Position numbers and translations under genes: made by a program. From Longimicrobiales bacterium (GTDB lineage: Bacteria > Gemmatimonadota > Gemmatimonadetes > Longimicrobiales > Gaopeijiaceae): a stretch of DNA of 64,000 bases. The stretch spans positions 2,976,001-3,040,000 of the forward strand of contig OZ220732.1 of the NCBI GenBank assembly GCA_965116905.1, read 5' to 3'. Positions within the stretch are counted from its first letter, which is position 1. Each line of letters opens with the position of its first letter. Positions 40,133 to 50,407 of this stretch are shown here, piece after piece. The notes under the pieces are model-generated. The model did not search any database, was not told the origin of the DNA, and saw only the letters and a list, made by a program, of their open reading frames with translations.

Positions 40133-41311
40133 GTGAATTCACTCGTGCCCGCGGACAGCGTCCTGGCGATCACCGGGGTGCTGTTCATCGTGGTGTGGGT
40201 TGCCCTTTATCTCGAAGGCAGGTTCGCGTGGGCGCGCACCCTGTCGGCCGCACTGATTGCCCTGGTGGGAGGTCTGGTTCTCTCCAACAGCGGGATTCTG
40301 CCGTTCGCCTCGCCGGCGTACGACTTCGTCAACGACCATTTCATCCTGGTGGCCATTCCCCTGCTCCTCTTCAAGGCCGACCTGAGAGTCATACTGAAGC
40401 AGGGCGGCAGGGTGCTGGCCGGCTTCATCGTCTCCGCGGTGGGAGTCGTGGCGGGAGCCGGCATCGCGTTCGCCCTGATCGAGGTGCCCGAATCCGCCCG
40501 GTACGCGGGCATGCTCGTGGGCGGCTACACGGGGGGGAGCCTGAACTTCGTCGCCGTCTCTCAGGCGGTCGGCATGGACGATCCCGCGCTGGGAACGGCC
40601 GCGCTCGCTGCGGAGAGCCTCGCCGGCATCTCGTACCTGTTCGTCCTGGCGGCACTGCCGACCATCGCCGCAGTTCGCCGGTGGCTGCCGCTGCGTGGTC
40701 CCGAGACCGATCCCGTGGACCGATCGGCCGGAGCGAGCGCCGGGGCCGGGGACGACGCAGCGAAGGAGCCGAAGGAGCCGAAGGGGCCGGGACCCGATTG
40801 GATCGCGCACGTCGCGGTCGCGCTGGGAATGAGCCTGATCGTGTGCGCGGCCGGCGTTTGGCTGGCCGGGGCGTTCGGACGGCCGCGATTCGTCGTGCTG
40901 GCCGTCACCACCCTGGCGGTCGTGCTCGCCAACGTGGCGCCCCGCAGCATGGCGCGGCTCAAGGGCGACCAACAGCTCGGAATGCTGCTGCTCTACGTGT
41001 TCTTCGTGGTCTACGCGGCGGGGGCGGATATCCGGTCGCTCCTCGGGGCCGCGGCCCTGATGCTGTCGTACGCGTTCGTCGTGATCCTGGTCCAGGCCGT
41101 GGTCTCGGCTGCGGGCGCCAAGGTGTTCCGCTTCAGCTACGCGGAGATGCTGATCGCGTCCAACGCGTGCGTGCTGGGACCACCGACGGCAGCCGCGCTC
41201 GCCGCCGGGCGGGGCTGGCACGGATTGGTGACGCCCGGCATCCTGACCGGGGTCTTCGGCTACGTCGTCGGCAATTTCCTGGGGGTCAGCGTCTTCGCCT
41301 GGCTTGACTAA
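40133..41311 (+). CDS. DUF819-family membrane protein
   Basis: AIPLLLFKADLR, YTGGSLNFVAV, IASNACVLGPPTAAA, GVFGYVVGNFLG; about 10 TM segments. Confidence 0.85.
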   Translation: MNSLVPADSVLAITGVLFIVVWVALYLEGRFAWARTLSAALIALVGGLVLSNSGILPFASPAYDFVNDHFILVAIPLLLFKADLRVILKQGGRVLAGFIVSAVGVVAGAGIAFALIEVPESARYAGMLVGGYTGGSLNFVAVSQAVGMDDPALGTAALAAESLAGISYLFVLAALPTIAAVRRWLPLRGPETDPVDRSAGASAGAGDDAAKEPKEPKGPGPDWIAHVAVALGMSLIVCAAGVWLAGAFGRPRFVVLAVTTLAVVLANVAPRSMARLKGDQQLGMLLLYVFFVVYAAGADIRSLLGAAALMLSYAFVVILVQAVVSAAGAKVFRFSYAEMLIASNACVLGPPTAAALAAGRGWHGLVTPGILTGVFGYVVGNFLGVSVFAWLD

Positions 41312-41349
41312 GCTCAGTCTGGCGAAAGCGGAAACGCACGTGCCCGGCT

Positions 41350-43086
41350 TCAGTACCCCGCCGCCGTGCCATCGGAGTCGCGCGGATCGGGAACCCCTAC
41401 CAGCATTCCCGACCCGGGATCCACGAACACGCAGTGCGCGATCCCCTGTCCCCTTCCCCACGAGATCTCGTGTCCCATCGCGGCAAGCCGCGCCGCGTCG
41501 GACTCGGTCATGTAGCCGTCCTCCATCCGCGCCACGTCGGGAAGCCACTGGTGGTGGAGCCGCCGTGAGGCGACGGCTTCAGCGGGCGATTGCCCGAAGT
41601 CGACCAGGTTGACCACGATCTGGAGCACCGTGTTGATGATCGTGCGTCCGCCAGGGCTGCCGATCACGGCGACCAACTCGCCGTCGCGCGCGAGAATCGT
41701 CGGGGTCATCGAGGACAGCATGCGCTGTTCGGGACGCGCCAGGTTGGGCACGGTGCCGATCAGTCCTCGCTCGTCGGTCAGGCCGGGACGGCCGTTGAAG
41801 TCGCCCATCTCGTTGTTCAACAGGAATCCCGCGCCGGGCACCGTGATGTACGATCCATACCCGCCCTCCAGCGTGTACGTCACGGACACGGCCATACCGT
41901 CGCCATCGACCACCGAATAGTGCGTCGTCTCCGAACTCTCCCACCCGGGATCGCCGGCCAGGTCGGCAGGAGCGGACGTGCTTGCCGCTTCGGCCTGGAT
42001 CGTAGCCCGCAGTTCGTCGGCGTAGGCCTTGCTCGTGAGACGCTCGACCGGCACATCCGCAAAGCCCGGGTCGGCCAGGAACATCGCGCGATCGCGAAAC
42101 GCCCGCCTCATGGCTTCGATGAGGTGGTGGGCGAGCTCGGGGCTGCCCGCCCCCATCGCGGCCACATCGAACCCCTCCAGCACATTCAGCATTGCCACCA
42201 GTGCCGTTCCGCCCGAGGACGGCGGTGCCATGCTGATGATGTCGTACCCGCGATAGGTGCCGGTCACGGGCTCCCGTTCGATGGCCTCGTAACGGGCAAG
42301 GTCCTCCTCGGTGATCCAGCCCCCGCCCCGCACCATCTCCTCGGCCAGAAGCCGGGCCGTGGTGCCCGCGTAGAACCCGTCGCGTCCCTCGTCTCGAATC
42401 CTCTCCAGCGTGCCGGCCAGATCGGACTGCACGAGCATCTCCCCCGCCCGGTACGGCTCACCGCCCCTTGAGAACTGGGCGTGCGTCGCCGGATAGTCCT
42501 CGAACGCCTCGAGGCGCCCCTCCAGCGACCTCGCCAGACGCTCGCTCACCTCGAACCCGTCGCGCGCCAGGATCACCGCGGGATCGACGAGGTCACGCCA
42601 CGAGGCACGCCCATACCGCTCGTGGGCGAGCTCGAAGCCCGCCACCGTGCCGGGGACGCCGACCGCAAGATGGCTTCGGTGATGAATCTGGTAGGAGTAC
42701 TCGCCGTCTTCTCCGACGAACATCTCCGGATGTGCCCTGAGGGGCGCCTTCTCGCGAAAATCGATGACCGTGGAGCTTCCGTCGGGGAACCGGATGACCA
42801 TGAATCCGCCCCCGCCGATGTTGCCCGCGGCCGGATGGGTCACGGCCAGGGCGAGTCCGGTGGCGATCGCGGCATCGACGGCGTTTCCGCCGGCGCGCAG
42901 CGTTTCGGCCCCCGCCCGGCTCGCCTCCGGATAGGCCGATACCACCATGCCGTTGCCCGATTCGAGGACCGCGCGTTCGACCCTCAGTTCGGGCGGATCC
43001 GCAGCGCTCACGGCGCATCCGGCCGCCGCCAGGACTGCCATGGCACCGCCGGCCATCAGAAGACGGGCACCGAGGCTCCGGTTCAT
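41350..43086 (-). CDS. ggt: Gamma-glutamyltranspeptidase, probable lipoprotein
   Basis: GNAVDAA, GNIGGGGFM, DFREKAP, ETTHYSVVD, LNNEMGDF, LSSMTP, GSPGG, HHQWLPD. Confidence 0.93.
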   Translation of the reverse strand: MNRSLGARLLMAGGAMAVLAAAGCAVSAADPPELRVERAVLESGNGMVVSAYPEASRAGAETLRAGGNAVDAAIATGLALAVTHPAAGNIGGGGFMVIRFPDGSSTVIDFREKAPLRAHPEMFVGEDGEYSYQIHHRSHLAVGVPGTVAGFELAHERYGRASWRDLVDPAVILARDGFEVSERLARSLEGRLEAFEDYPATHAQFSRGGEPYRAGEMLVQSDLAGTLERIRDEGRDGFYAGTTARLLAEEMVRGGGWITEEDLARYEAIEREPVTGTYRGYDIISMAPPSSGGTALVAMLNVLEGFDVAAMGAGSPELAHHLIEAMRRAFRDRAMFLADPGFADVPVERLTSKAYADELRATIQAEAASTSAPADLAGDPGWESSETTHYSVVDGDGMAVSVTYTLEGGYGSYITVPGAGFLLNNEMGDFNGRPGLTDERGLIGTVPNLARPEQRMLSSMTPTILARDGELVAVIGSPGGRTIINTVLQIVVNLVDFGQSPAEAVASRRLHHQWLPDVARMEDGYMTESDAARLAAMGHEISWGRGQGIAHCVFVDPGSGMLVGVPDPRDSDGTAAGY

Positions 43087-43175
43087 GATTCCTCCATGTC
43101 TGCGCGAAACACGCGCCGGGCTGCCCGCGCGGGCCGCCGGCCGACATCGTCCAGGTGCTGAGTCCGCCTAATCTG

Positions 43176-46100
43176 CTAACTCCGCACGGCCGCCGCCACT
43201 TCGGATTCCCGCTCCGGTGAGGGGAGCGGCGGCACGAGGACCGACTGTCGCGTGTCGGCCGTTGCGCCGCCTTCTTCCGGCTCCGCTACCTCCCTGCGCC
43301 TGAAGAGCCGCGCCAGGTCGTCCACGATGCTGTACAGGACGGGCACCAGTATCAGAGTCAGGAAGGTGGCGAAGATGATGCCGACGATGACGGCCACGGC
43401 CATCGGTCCCCACCAGGCGGCCTGTTCACCGCCCCAGAAGAGTTCCGGCGCCAAGCTGGCGAAGAGCCCGAAGAAGTCGAAATTGAGGCCGACCGCGAGG
43501 GGGATCAGTCCAAGGGCCGTGGTCAGTGCGGTCAGCAGAACCGGCCTCAGCCGGGTCTTGCCTCCCTGCACCAGCGCCTCCCTCCGGTCCATTCCGTCGC
43601 GCTCCCGCAGCACATCGATGTAGTCGATCAGCACGATCGCGTTGTTGACCACGATGCCCGCCAGCGAGATCACGCCCACCCCGGTCATGATGATCACGAA
43701 GGGCATCTGGAAGACCAGCAGCCCGATCAGCACGCCGATCGTGGACATGATGACCGACGAAAGAATGATCAGGGGCTTGACCACCGAATTGAACTGCGAT
43801 ACGAGAATGAGCGCGATGAGCATCAGCGCGGCCATGAACGCGGTGCCCAGGAACTGCATGGCCTCCTGCTGGTCCTCCTGCTCGCCCGTGAACACGAGTG
43901 CATACCCGGGCGGAAGACCAGCGGCGAAGTCCTGCAAGACGGTCTCCACCTCGGCGCGAACATCGTTGCTGTTGTAGCCCGATGCCACCTCCGCGCTGAT
44001 CGTGGCCACACGATCGAGATCCTTGCGCCGGATGGAACCGTAGCCCTCGCCCACGCTCCAGTCGGCGACCGAGAGGAGGGGGATCTGGCCACCGTCCGCG
44101 AACGCGGTAAGATCCTCGAGGGCGGTGAGTTCCCTGCGGTCCTCCTCGCGCAACCGCACGATGATATCGAACTCGTCGTTGCCGGTCCTGTACTTCGCGG
44201 CCTCGATCCCGTTGATGGCCCCGCGCACTGCAAGGCCCACCTGGTTCGTCGAAAGGCCGTACAGGCTCGCCTTTTCGCGGTCCACCTCGACTCTCAATTC
44301 GGGCCGGCCTTCTTCCATGTCGCTCTCCAGCCCCACGAGACGGCGGTAAACCTCGGCGTCTTCGATCAGGTTGACCGCCCGGGCCGCCAGCTCCTTGAGC
44401 AGCTCGGGGTCTTCCCCGCTGATCTCAATGTTGACGGGCGGACCCGACGGAGGTCCTTCCGTGATCTTGTCCACCCTGACCTCGGCTCCGGCCAGGTCCC
44501 TGCCGATCCGCTCCTGCATCTCCGCGAGCGTCGCGAAGACATCGTGGCTACGGTCCTCATAGTCCGTCATGCCCAGCGTGATTCGGCCCGCTTCCGGACC
44601 GGAGGGGCCGCCGTCGCCCATCGGACCGCCTCCGCCGCCCCCGCTGCCCACGGTCGTGACCACGGTCTCGACATCCTCCATGCCACCGATCGCGACGAGT
44701 TCGCCCTTGAGGCGCCGGGCATAGCCGTCGGTCACGCCGGCGGCCGTCCCCACCGGTGCCTCCACGGCCACGAAGAGCGTGGAAGGCGGGATGTCCTCGG
44801 GAAAATACTCCACCGGAGCCGCGAACTGCCGATACACCACGATGGTGGCCAACAGCGCGGCTACCGAGAGCGAAAGAACCACGATGCGGTGATCGAGCGA
44901 CCACCTGAGCCGCCGTTCGTACCACTTCACCAGGCGGGGCATGCCGCCGGACATGAAGGCCCGTCCCCAGCGCTCCAGGAGCTTGGCATGCAGGATCCAG
45001 AGCGCAAGCGCGGTAATCACCAGGAGGATCGCGGTGAGCGGATTGGCCATCGCTACGACGAACAGGACGAGTCCCCCGAGTCCGAGCAGCCCCACCCTCG
45101 CGTTTCGGTTTATCGCCCGGTGCGAAGCGGTTTCCGGACGAAGGAAGAGCGAACAGAGCGTGGGCACGATCACCAGCGCCACGAACAGCGAACTGGACAG
45201 GGTGACGATCAGGGTGATGGGCAGGTATCTCATGAACTGGCCCGCCATACCCGGCCAGAACAGCAGAGGGGTAAAGGCGGCCAGCGTCGTGGCGGTTGCG
45301 GCAATCACGGGTATCGCAACCTCGCCCGTGGCCTTCTTCGCGGCGGCCCTGCGATCCCACCCCTCCTCGATGAAGCGATGGATGTTCTCGACGATCACGA
45401 TGGCGTTGTCCACCAGCATTCCCAGCGCCAGGATGAGCGAGAAGAGCACCACCATGTTCATGGAGACTCCGAGCAGCCAGAGCACCACGAAGGAAAGGAA
45501 CATCGACGTGGGGATTGAAAGCGCCACGAACACCGAGGTGCGCAGCCCCAGCACGAAGAGAAGGACACCGACGATGAGCACCAGCCCCGAGATGATGTTG
45601 TTTTGCAGGCTGCTCACCATGTCGCCGATGTCGGCGGACATGTCGGAGGTGACCGACACCACGGTCGACGGCGGAAAGACGCTGCGCATGGCCTGGATCT
45701 CGGCCCGCACCGCTTCGGCCGTGGCGATAATGTTCTCGCCCGACCGCTTCACCACGTCGAGCGTGACGACCGGTTCCTCGCCGAGGCGTGCATAGCTGTC
45801 CCGCTCCGCGAACCCGAACTCGACCGTGGCCACGTCGCGCACGTAGACCGGACGACCGTCCACGGTGGCCACCACGAGGTCGCCCACGACGGCGGGGTCG
45901 TCGAACTCGCCGTCCACACGCACCAGGTACTTGATGCCGTTGACGTTGATCGTCCCTCCCGGCACATTCACGTTTTCCTGGCGGATCGCACTGAGGATGT
46001 CGCCTATGGAGACGTTGTAATACTGTAGTTTAGCCAGGTCAACATCAACTTTTACTTCACGCTCCAAGCCACCCCGCAGATCGACGCGCAACACGGCCGG

Positions 46101-46658
46101 GATGGACTCGATACGGTCCTGCAGTTCTTCCCCGAGTTCCTTGAGGCGCACCAGACCATAGCCCCCGGCGACATTCACCTGCATGATCGGCGCGTCGCTC
46201 ATCGAGAGCTCCATGACGAACGGATCCTCGGCGTCCGACGGAAGCTCGGGACGGGCAAGGTCGACCTTCTCCCGCACCTGCTGCAGCGCTTCCTCCATGT
46301 TCATCGAGGTCTCGAACTCGGCCGTAACCGACGAGTAGCCCTCGACCGAAGTGGAGGTGAGCTCCTTGATGTCCGGTATGGCCTTCAGCTCGTCCTCGAT
46401 CTTGCGCGTCACGAGGCTCTCGATGTCGGCCGGGGAGACACCCGGATACATCGTGTTGACCACGACGAACGGGATTTCCGTCTCCGGGAACGACTCCTTG
46501 GGTATCGCGCGGTAGGAGACCAGCCCGGCGACGGCGATGAAGGCGAAGAGCACGACGACCGACGTCGCGCTGTCTACCGCCAGGGAAGTAAGCCCGAATT
46601 CCTTGAACGTTCGCCGGTCACGGGCAGCACCCGACCGGTCCTTTTCGCCCGTCTTCAC
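43176..46658 (-). CDS. RND efflux permease, AcrB family
   Basis: PKESFP, YPGVSP, GMLVDNAIV, GIVVNNAIVLID, RLRPVLLTALTT. Confidence 0.93.
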   Translation of the reverse strand: MKTGEKDRSGAARDRRTFKEFGLTSLAVDSATSVVVLFAFIAVAGLVSYRAIPKESFPETEIPFVVVNTMYPGVSPADIESLVTRKIEDELKAIPDIKELTSTSVEGYSSVTAEFETSMNMEEALQQVREKVDLARPELPSDAEDPFVMELSMSDAPIMQVNVAGGYGLVRLKELGEELQDRIESIPAVLRVDLRGGLEREVKVDVDLAKLQYYNVSIGDILSAIRQENVNVPGGTINVNGIKYLVRVDGEFDDPAVVGDLVVATVDGRPVYVRDVATVEFGFAERDSYARLGEEPVVTLDVVKRSGENIIATAEAVRAEIQAMRSVFPPSTVVSVTSDMSADIGDMVSSLQNNIISGLVLIVGVLLFVLGLRTSVFVALSIPTSMFLSFVVLWLLGVSMNMVVLFSLILALGMLVDNAIVIVENIHRFIEEGWDRRAAAKKATGEVAIPVIAATATTLAAFTPLLFWPGMAGQFMRYLPITLIVTLSSSLFVALVIVPTLCSLFLRPETASHRAINRNARVGLLGLGGLVLFVVAMANPLTAILLVITALALWILHAKLLERWGRAFMSGGMPRLVKWYERRLRWSLDHRIVVLSLSVAALLATIVVYRQFAAPVEYFPEDIPPSTLFVAVEAPVGTAAGVTDGYARRLKGELVAIGGMEDVETVVTTVGSGGGGGGPMGDGGPSGPEAGRITLGMTDYEDRSHDVFATLAEMQERIGRDLAGAEVRVDKITEGPPSGPPVNIEISGEDPELLKELAARAVNLIEDAEVYRRLVGLESDMEEGRPELRVEVDREKASLYGLSTNQVGLAVRGAINGIEAAKYRTGNDEFDIIVRLREEDRRELTALEDLTAFADGGQIPLLSVADWSVGEGYGSIRRKDLDRVATISAEVASGYNSNDVRAEVETVLQDFAAGLPPGYALVFTGEQEDQQEAMQFLGTAFMAALMLIALILVSQFNSVVKPLIILSSVIMSTIGVLIGLLVFQMPFVIIMTGVGVISLAGIVVNNAIVLIDYIDVLRERDGMDRREALVQGGKTRLRPVLLTALTTALGLIPLAVGLNFDFFGLFASLAPELFWGGEQAAWWGPMAVAVIVGIIFATFLTLILVPVLYSIVDDLARLFRRREVAEPEEGGATADTRQSVLVPPLPSPERESEVAAAVRS

Positions 46659-47794
46659 CGTGCCGCCCCCTCCCCGCCGGCCCCCGGCACGATCCGGACC
46701 CGGTCACCGTCGGTCAGTCCCTGCTGGCCCACCACGATCAGGCGGTCTCCCGCCGCCAGACCGGACGCGACCACCGCGTCGTTGCCCTGGCTCAGCGAGA
46801 CCCGCACCCGTCTTCCGGCGGCCCGGGCCTCTCCACCCGATTCCTCGACCACGAACACCATGTGCCCGTCCTCCAGCGACACGAGCGCCTGCCGCGGCGC
46901 CACGATCGCGGCGGTCAACTCCTCCTGCACGACCGTGATCGACGCCACCATTCCCGGCTTTATCGATCCGCCCGGGTTCGCAATCGTCACCTCGATCGGG
47001 AAGGTGCGGTTCTCGGGATCGACGGTGACTCCCGCGTAGACGATCGACCCATCGAACGCCTCGCCCGGCAGGACATCAAAGGCCACCGAGGCCGACGCGC
47101 CCGCGGAGAGGTCGAGGGCATACCGTTCAGGGACCCCCGCCATGATCCTCACCGAGTCCGCCTGTACGATCCGGGCCACCGCAGTGCCCGGGGACACCAT
47201 GGCGCCCAGCTCGACCAGGCGCGCGTCCAGCACGCCGCTGATCGGCGCCGTGACGACGGTGCGCGCCAGCCGCTCGCGAAGCGCCGCGAGGTTCCCCCGA
47301 CTCTCCTCGGCTGCGTACTGCGCCTCATGATAGGCCAATTCCGAACCCACGCCGTCTTCCTCCCACAGCTTCTTCCTGCGCTCCCACACCTCTTCGGCGT
47401 AGGTGGCCTGAGCCGTGGCGGCCTGGACCTGCGCACTCAGAATCGCGTCGTCCAGACGGACGATCGCCTGCCCCGCGCGGATCCGCGCGCCCTTGTCACG
47501 AACGATGCGTCTGACCACGCCGCTCTCCTGCGCCGAAACCACGACATCGCGCATCGCGGTCGCCACCCCGGTCAGGCGGATCACCCGTGTGAATGGCCGG
47601 GGCTCCACGGGCATCACCTCCACATTCACAACCCGCGAGAACTCCTCGACCCCGTCCTCTCCCTGTGCGGAACCCTCCCGCTGCGCCCCGCCGCAACCAC
47701 TCGAAACGGCACCGCAGACCAACAACACCGCCAGCACCCGGCGGACACGCGCCTGCTCCATCATATCGGACGTCACTCTGTCTTCAGTACTCAT
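46655..47794 (-). CDS. RND periplasmic adaptor (MFP)
   Basis: Lipoyl/hairpin architecture, [23 protein letters not shown]; coupled to both neighbours. Confidence 0.92.
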   Translation of the reverse strand: MSTEDRVTSDMMEQARVRRVLAVLLVCGAVSSGCGGAQREGSAQGEDGVEEFSRVVNVEVMPVEPRPFTRVIRLTGVATAMRDVVVSAQESGVVRRIVRDKGARIRAGQAIVRLDDAILSAQVQAATAQATYAEEVWERRKKLWEEDGVGSELAYHEAQYAAEESRGNLAALRERLARTVVTAPISGVLDARLVELGAMVSPGTAVARIVQADSVRIMAGVPERYALDLSAGASASVAFDVLPGEAFDGSIVYAGVTVDPENRTFPIEVTIANPGGSIKPGMVASITVVQEELTAAIVAPRQALVSLEDGHMVFVVEESGGEARAAGRRVRVSLSQGNDAVVASGLAAGDRLIVVGQQGLTDGDRVRIVPGAGGEGAAR

Positions 47795-49356
47795 CAGCCC
47801 CCTGTCCCCCCGTCACCCGCTCCGGGATCGATGTCGACCATCGGCACTCTTCCCGCCGCCTCGTCGAGTCTGGCCCTTGTTGCAAGGTAGTCATACACCG
47901 CCTGGGCGTAGTTGAATTCACTCTGGCGCAAGGCCACTTCGGCATCGGTCAGCTCCAGCTGGCTGCCCAGTCCCTCCCGGTACTGCGCGCTCGCGATCTC
48001 GTAACCCCGCTCGGCCTGGGCGACGGCGAGCCGCTGTCCCACGGCACGCTCGCGAGCCTCCAGGACGTTGTCCGTGAGGTTGCGGAGCTCGGCAACGGCC
48101 CGGTCGGTCGCAAAGCGGGTCTGTGTCTCCGCCTGCCGGAGCGCCGCTTGCCTCTGGTCGATGCGCGCGTCCCGGCTGAACCCCGAGAAGATGGGAAAGG
48201 TGACGCGCAACCCCACCTGTTTGGACGAGCCCCGCTGGGCATCGGTACCGAAGAAGTCCGGCGGGCCGTTCTGCTGGGCCGCAAGGCCATAGGTGCCGAA
48301 CGCGAACACCTTGGGCAGGTAGTCCACCTGTTCGATCCTCAGCTCGGTGCGCCTGAGTCCCTCGGTAATCGCCAACTGACGAATGTCCGACCGGTCACCG
48401 GCATCCTCCGTGAGAGACTGCTGCAGCGACGCCGCGTCGGGTGCCCCCACCCCCATGAACGCCAGGATATCCCGGTTGGCACTGGTGTTGGCGTCGAAGC
48501 TCTCGAGGTCGATCCGGGCCAGTTCACCGGCGACATTCAGCTCGGTGTCCGGATCCAGAGCCATTTCGACGGCGAGCGTCCGCCTGGCCGCGTCGCGGCG
48601 GTTGCGCGCCCGCCTGAGGTTGGGCTCGAGGTTGGCAAGTTCCACTTCCAGCCGCAGCACTTCGTAGTCCGACGTCATTCCGGCCTCGCGCATCGCCGTG
48701 GTCTCGCGGAGCGATTCGCGCACACGGCGCAGCGAGTTCTCGGTAAGGCGGACCTCCTCCTGGCCCAGGAGCACGTCGTAGAACGCCAGCCGCACCCTCG
48801 TCACGGTCTGTTGCGTCCTTCCGCGGAGCGCCTCCCGCTGAAGGCCCTCGAAGCGTGCCGCCGCCCCCACGCCCACGAAGATGCGGGGATCGAAGAGGGT
48901 CTGCTCGGCATTGACGGAAAGGCTCCAGATGTTGTCCGCCCCGAACTGGACTGGAATGAACTCCCCCTCGGCCGCGCTCGGATCGAAGATCTGGGCGGGC
49001 AGGAAGCTCACCTGCGGCGCCACGTTGCGGGTGAACGACGTCGACAGGTTGACGTTCGGATACACCTCGCTCCAGGCCTCCGACACCTGCTCCCCCGCGA
49101 CCGCAAGCTGGTATTCCGCGTCCAGGACGTCGCGATTGCGGTCGAGCGCGGTCCGCACCACTTCGCTCAGCAGTGCCGGCGCTCCGTCACCGGTCCATCC
49201 CGGCTCCTGCCCTCCCGCACGCGCAGTGCCGACCGGGGTTGTGAGGGCCAGGGCTGTGAGGGCCAGGGCCATGATCGTCCTGCCGGCCAGTCGCCGAGCC
49301 GCTCGACTGGAATCACGCCGGCCCACGGGCCGGTGATGTCTGTCAAATCGATCCAT
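47794..49356 (-). CDS. TolC-family outer membrane efflux protein
   Basis: [33 protein letters not shown]; start uncertain (49272, 49356 or 49401). Confidence 0.9.
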   Translation of the reverse strand: MDRFDRHHRPVGRRDSSRAARRLAGRTIMALALTALALTTPVGTARAGGQEPGWTGDGAPALLSEVVRTALDRNRDVLDAEYQLAVAGEQVSEAWSEVYPNVNLSTSFTRNVAPQVSFLPAQIFDPSAAEGEFIPVQFGADNIWSLSVNAEQTLFDPRIFVGVGAAARFEGLQREALRGRTQQTVTRVRLAFYDVLLGQEEVRLTENSLRRVRESLRETTAMREAGMTSDYEVLRLEVELANLEPNLRRARNRRDAARRTLAVEMALDPDTELNVAGELARIDLESFDANTSANRDILAFMGVGAPDAASLQQSLTEDAGDRSDIRQLAITEGLRRTELRIEQVDYLPKVFAFGTYGLAAQQNGPPDFFGTDAQRGSSKQVGLRVTFPIFSGFSRDARIDQRQAALRQAETQTRFATDRAVAELRNLTDNVLEARERAVGQRLAVAQAERGYEIASAQYREGLGSQLELTDAEVALRQSEFNYAQAVYDYLATRARLDEAAGRVPMVDIDPGAGDGGTGG

Positions 49357-49620
49357 ATCGTCAGTCAATCTCTCTTTGGTAATCTCTCGGGCGCTCTTCA
49401 TCTTCTGTTCGTCAAGGTCCGCCGGGGCGCCAGCCGAAATGACACGTTCCCGGTCTCTTACGTTGCGAAGGCCAAAGTCCTTGACTGGTCTTGCGCAAAC
49501 CCCACGGGGTCATCAACGTGTTTTCGGCGGCGCGGACGAAGCCGCGGAGCCGGCTGGCCGGACGGTCCCGCACGGTGCGAGGCCGACGGAAGTGTACAGT
49601 TCACCATCAAGGAGCACAGG

Positions 49621-49839
49621 ATGCGGACCACGGGAACCGTGAAGTGGTTCAACGACGCGAAGGGATTCGGATTCATCAGCCCGGAGGCAGGCGAGAGGGA
49701 CTGTTTTGTCCACTATTCCGCGATCGAGGGCGATGGCTTCAAGAGTCTTGCCGAGGGCGACCAGGTCGAATTCGATTTGGTGAACGGCCCGAAGGGACCG
49801 GCCGCGGAAAACGTCAGCCGCGTCGGGGAGATGTCCTGA
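49621..49839 (+). CDS. cspA: Cold-shock protein
   Basis: [40 protein letters not shown]. Confidence 0.93.
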   Translation: MRTTGTVKWFNDAKGFGFISPEAGERDCFVHYSAIEGDGFKSLAEGDQVEFDLVNGPKGPAAENVSRVGEMS

Positions 49840-49871
49840 CAGGCAACCCATTCTGAACGGATCGGGCAAGG

Positions 49872-49911
49872 AACGAGGCCGACGGGGAACCGACCGTCGG
49901 CCTCGTTTTTT
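49872..49911 (+). terminator. Rho-independent terminator after the cold-shock gene
   Basis: aacgaggccgacgg-8nt loop-ccgtcggcctcgtt followed by a T-run. Confidence 0.88.
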
Positions 49912-49912
49912 C

Positions 49913-50407
49913 CTACTCGAAGAAGGCTGCATGCCAGCGTTCCCGGGCGGGACCCTCCCAACGGCCCCCGCGCAATTCGGCCAGCGCGGTGATCGAGTTG
50001 TCAAAGACGACCGATTCCGGCAGCACCTCCCCATCGGCCGCCAGCGCCCGGAACCGGGGGCGGGAGGCTCGCCGGATGCTTCCGCGCGCATCGCGGTACC
50101 AGATCGCTTCGTTGCCCAGGAACCGCACCCCCAGCCTGTCTTCGAATCCTCTCAACACCGTCACCAGTGCGTCTATGGAACACCCTGACGGAGGTGCCGA
50201 CTCGATGTCCACCGCGACCACCAGGAATCGCTCGTAGCACCAGGACCGGGCCGCGCGCAACGGTACGCCGTGGGCCGTCCACTGCGCCAGGAACCCATCC
50301 ACCGCGTCGAGCACCGACCCGGCCTCGGCACCGCCCAGCTCGCGATCCGAGCCGAACACCCAGACGCGAGCACTGTCGGGGAAGGCGTCCAGGGCCGCGA
50401 TGTTCAC
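49913..50407 (-). CDS. Conserved hypothetical protein with SGCSID motif
   Basis: FPDSARVWVF, WTAHG, SGCSID, VFDNSI; the GTG start overlaps the AI-2E stop. Confidence 0.75.
   Translation of the reverse strand: MNIAALDAFPDSARVWVFGSDRELGGAEAGSVLDAVDGFLAQWTAHGVPLRAARSWCYERFLVVAVDIESAPPSGCSIDALVTVLRGFEDRLGVRFLGNEAIWYRDARGSIRRASRPRFRALAADGEVLPESVVFDNSITALAELRGGRWEGPARERWHAAFFE

Noticed and set aside
43176..46658. RND proton-relay motifs DN / NN instead of AcrB DD / KN
   Set aside because: A common variant in non-enterobacterial RND subfamilies; not evidence of inactivity or novelty.
47593..49839. 748-aa ORF ending in a cold-shock domain
   Set aside because: An antisense shadow of tolC running into the real 72-aa csp gene, which has its own SD at 49621.
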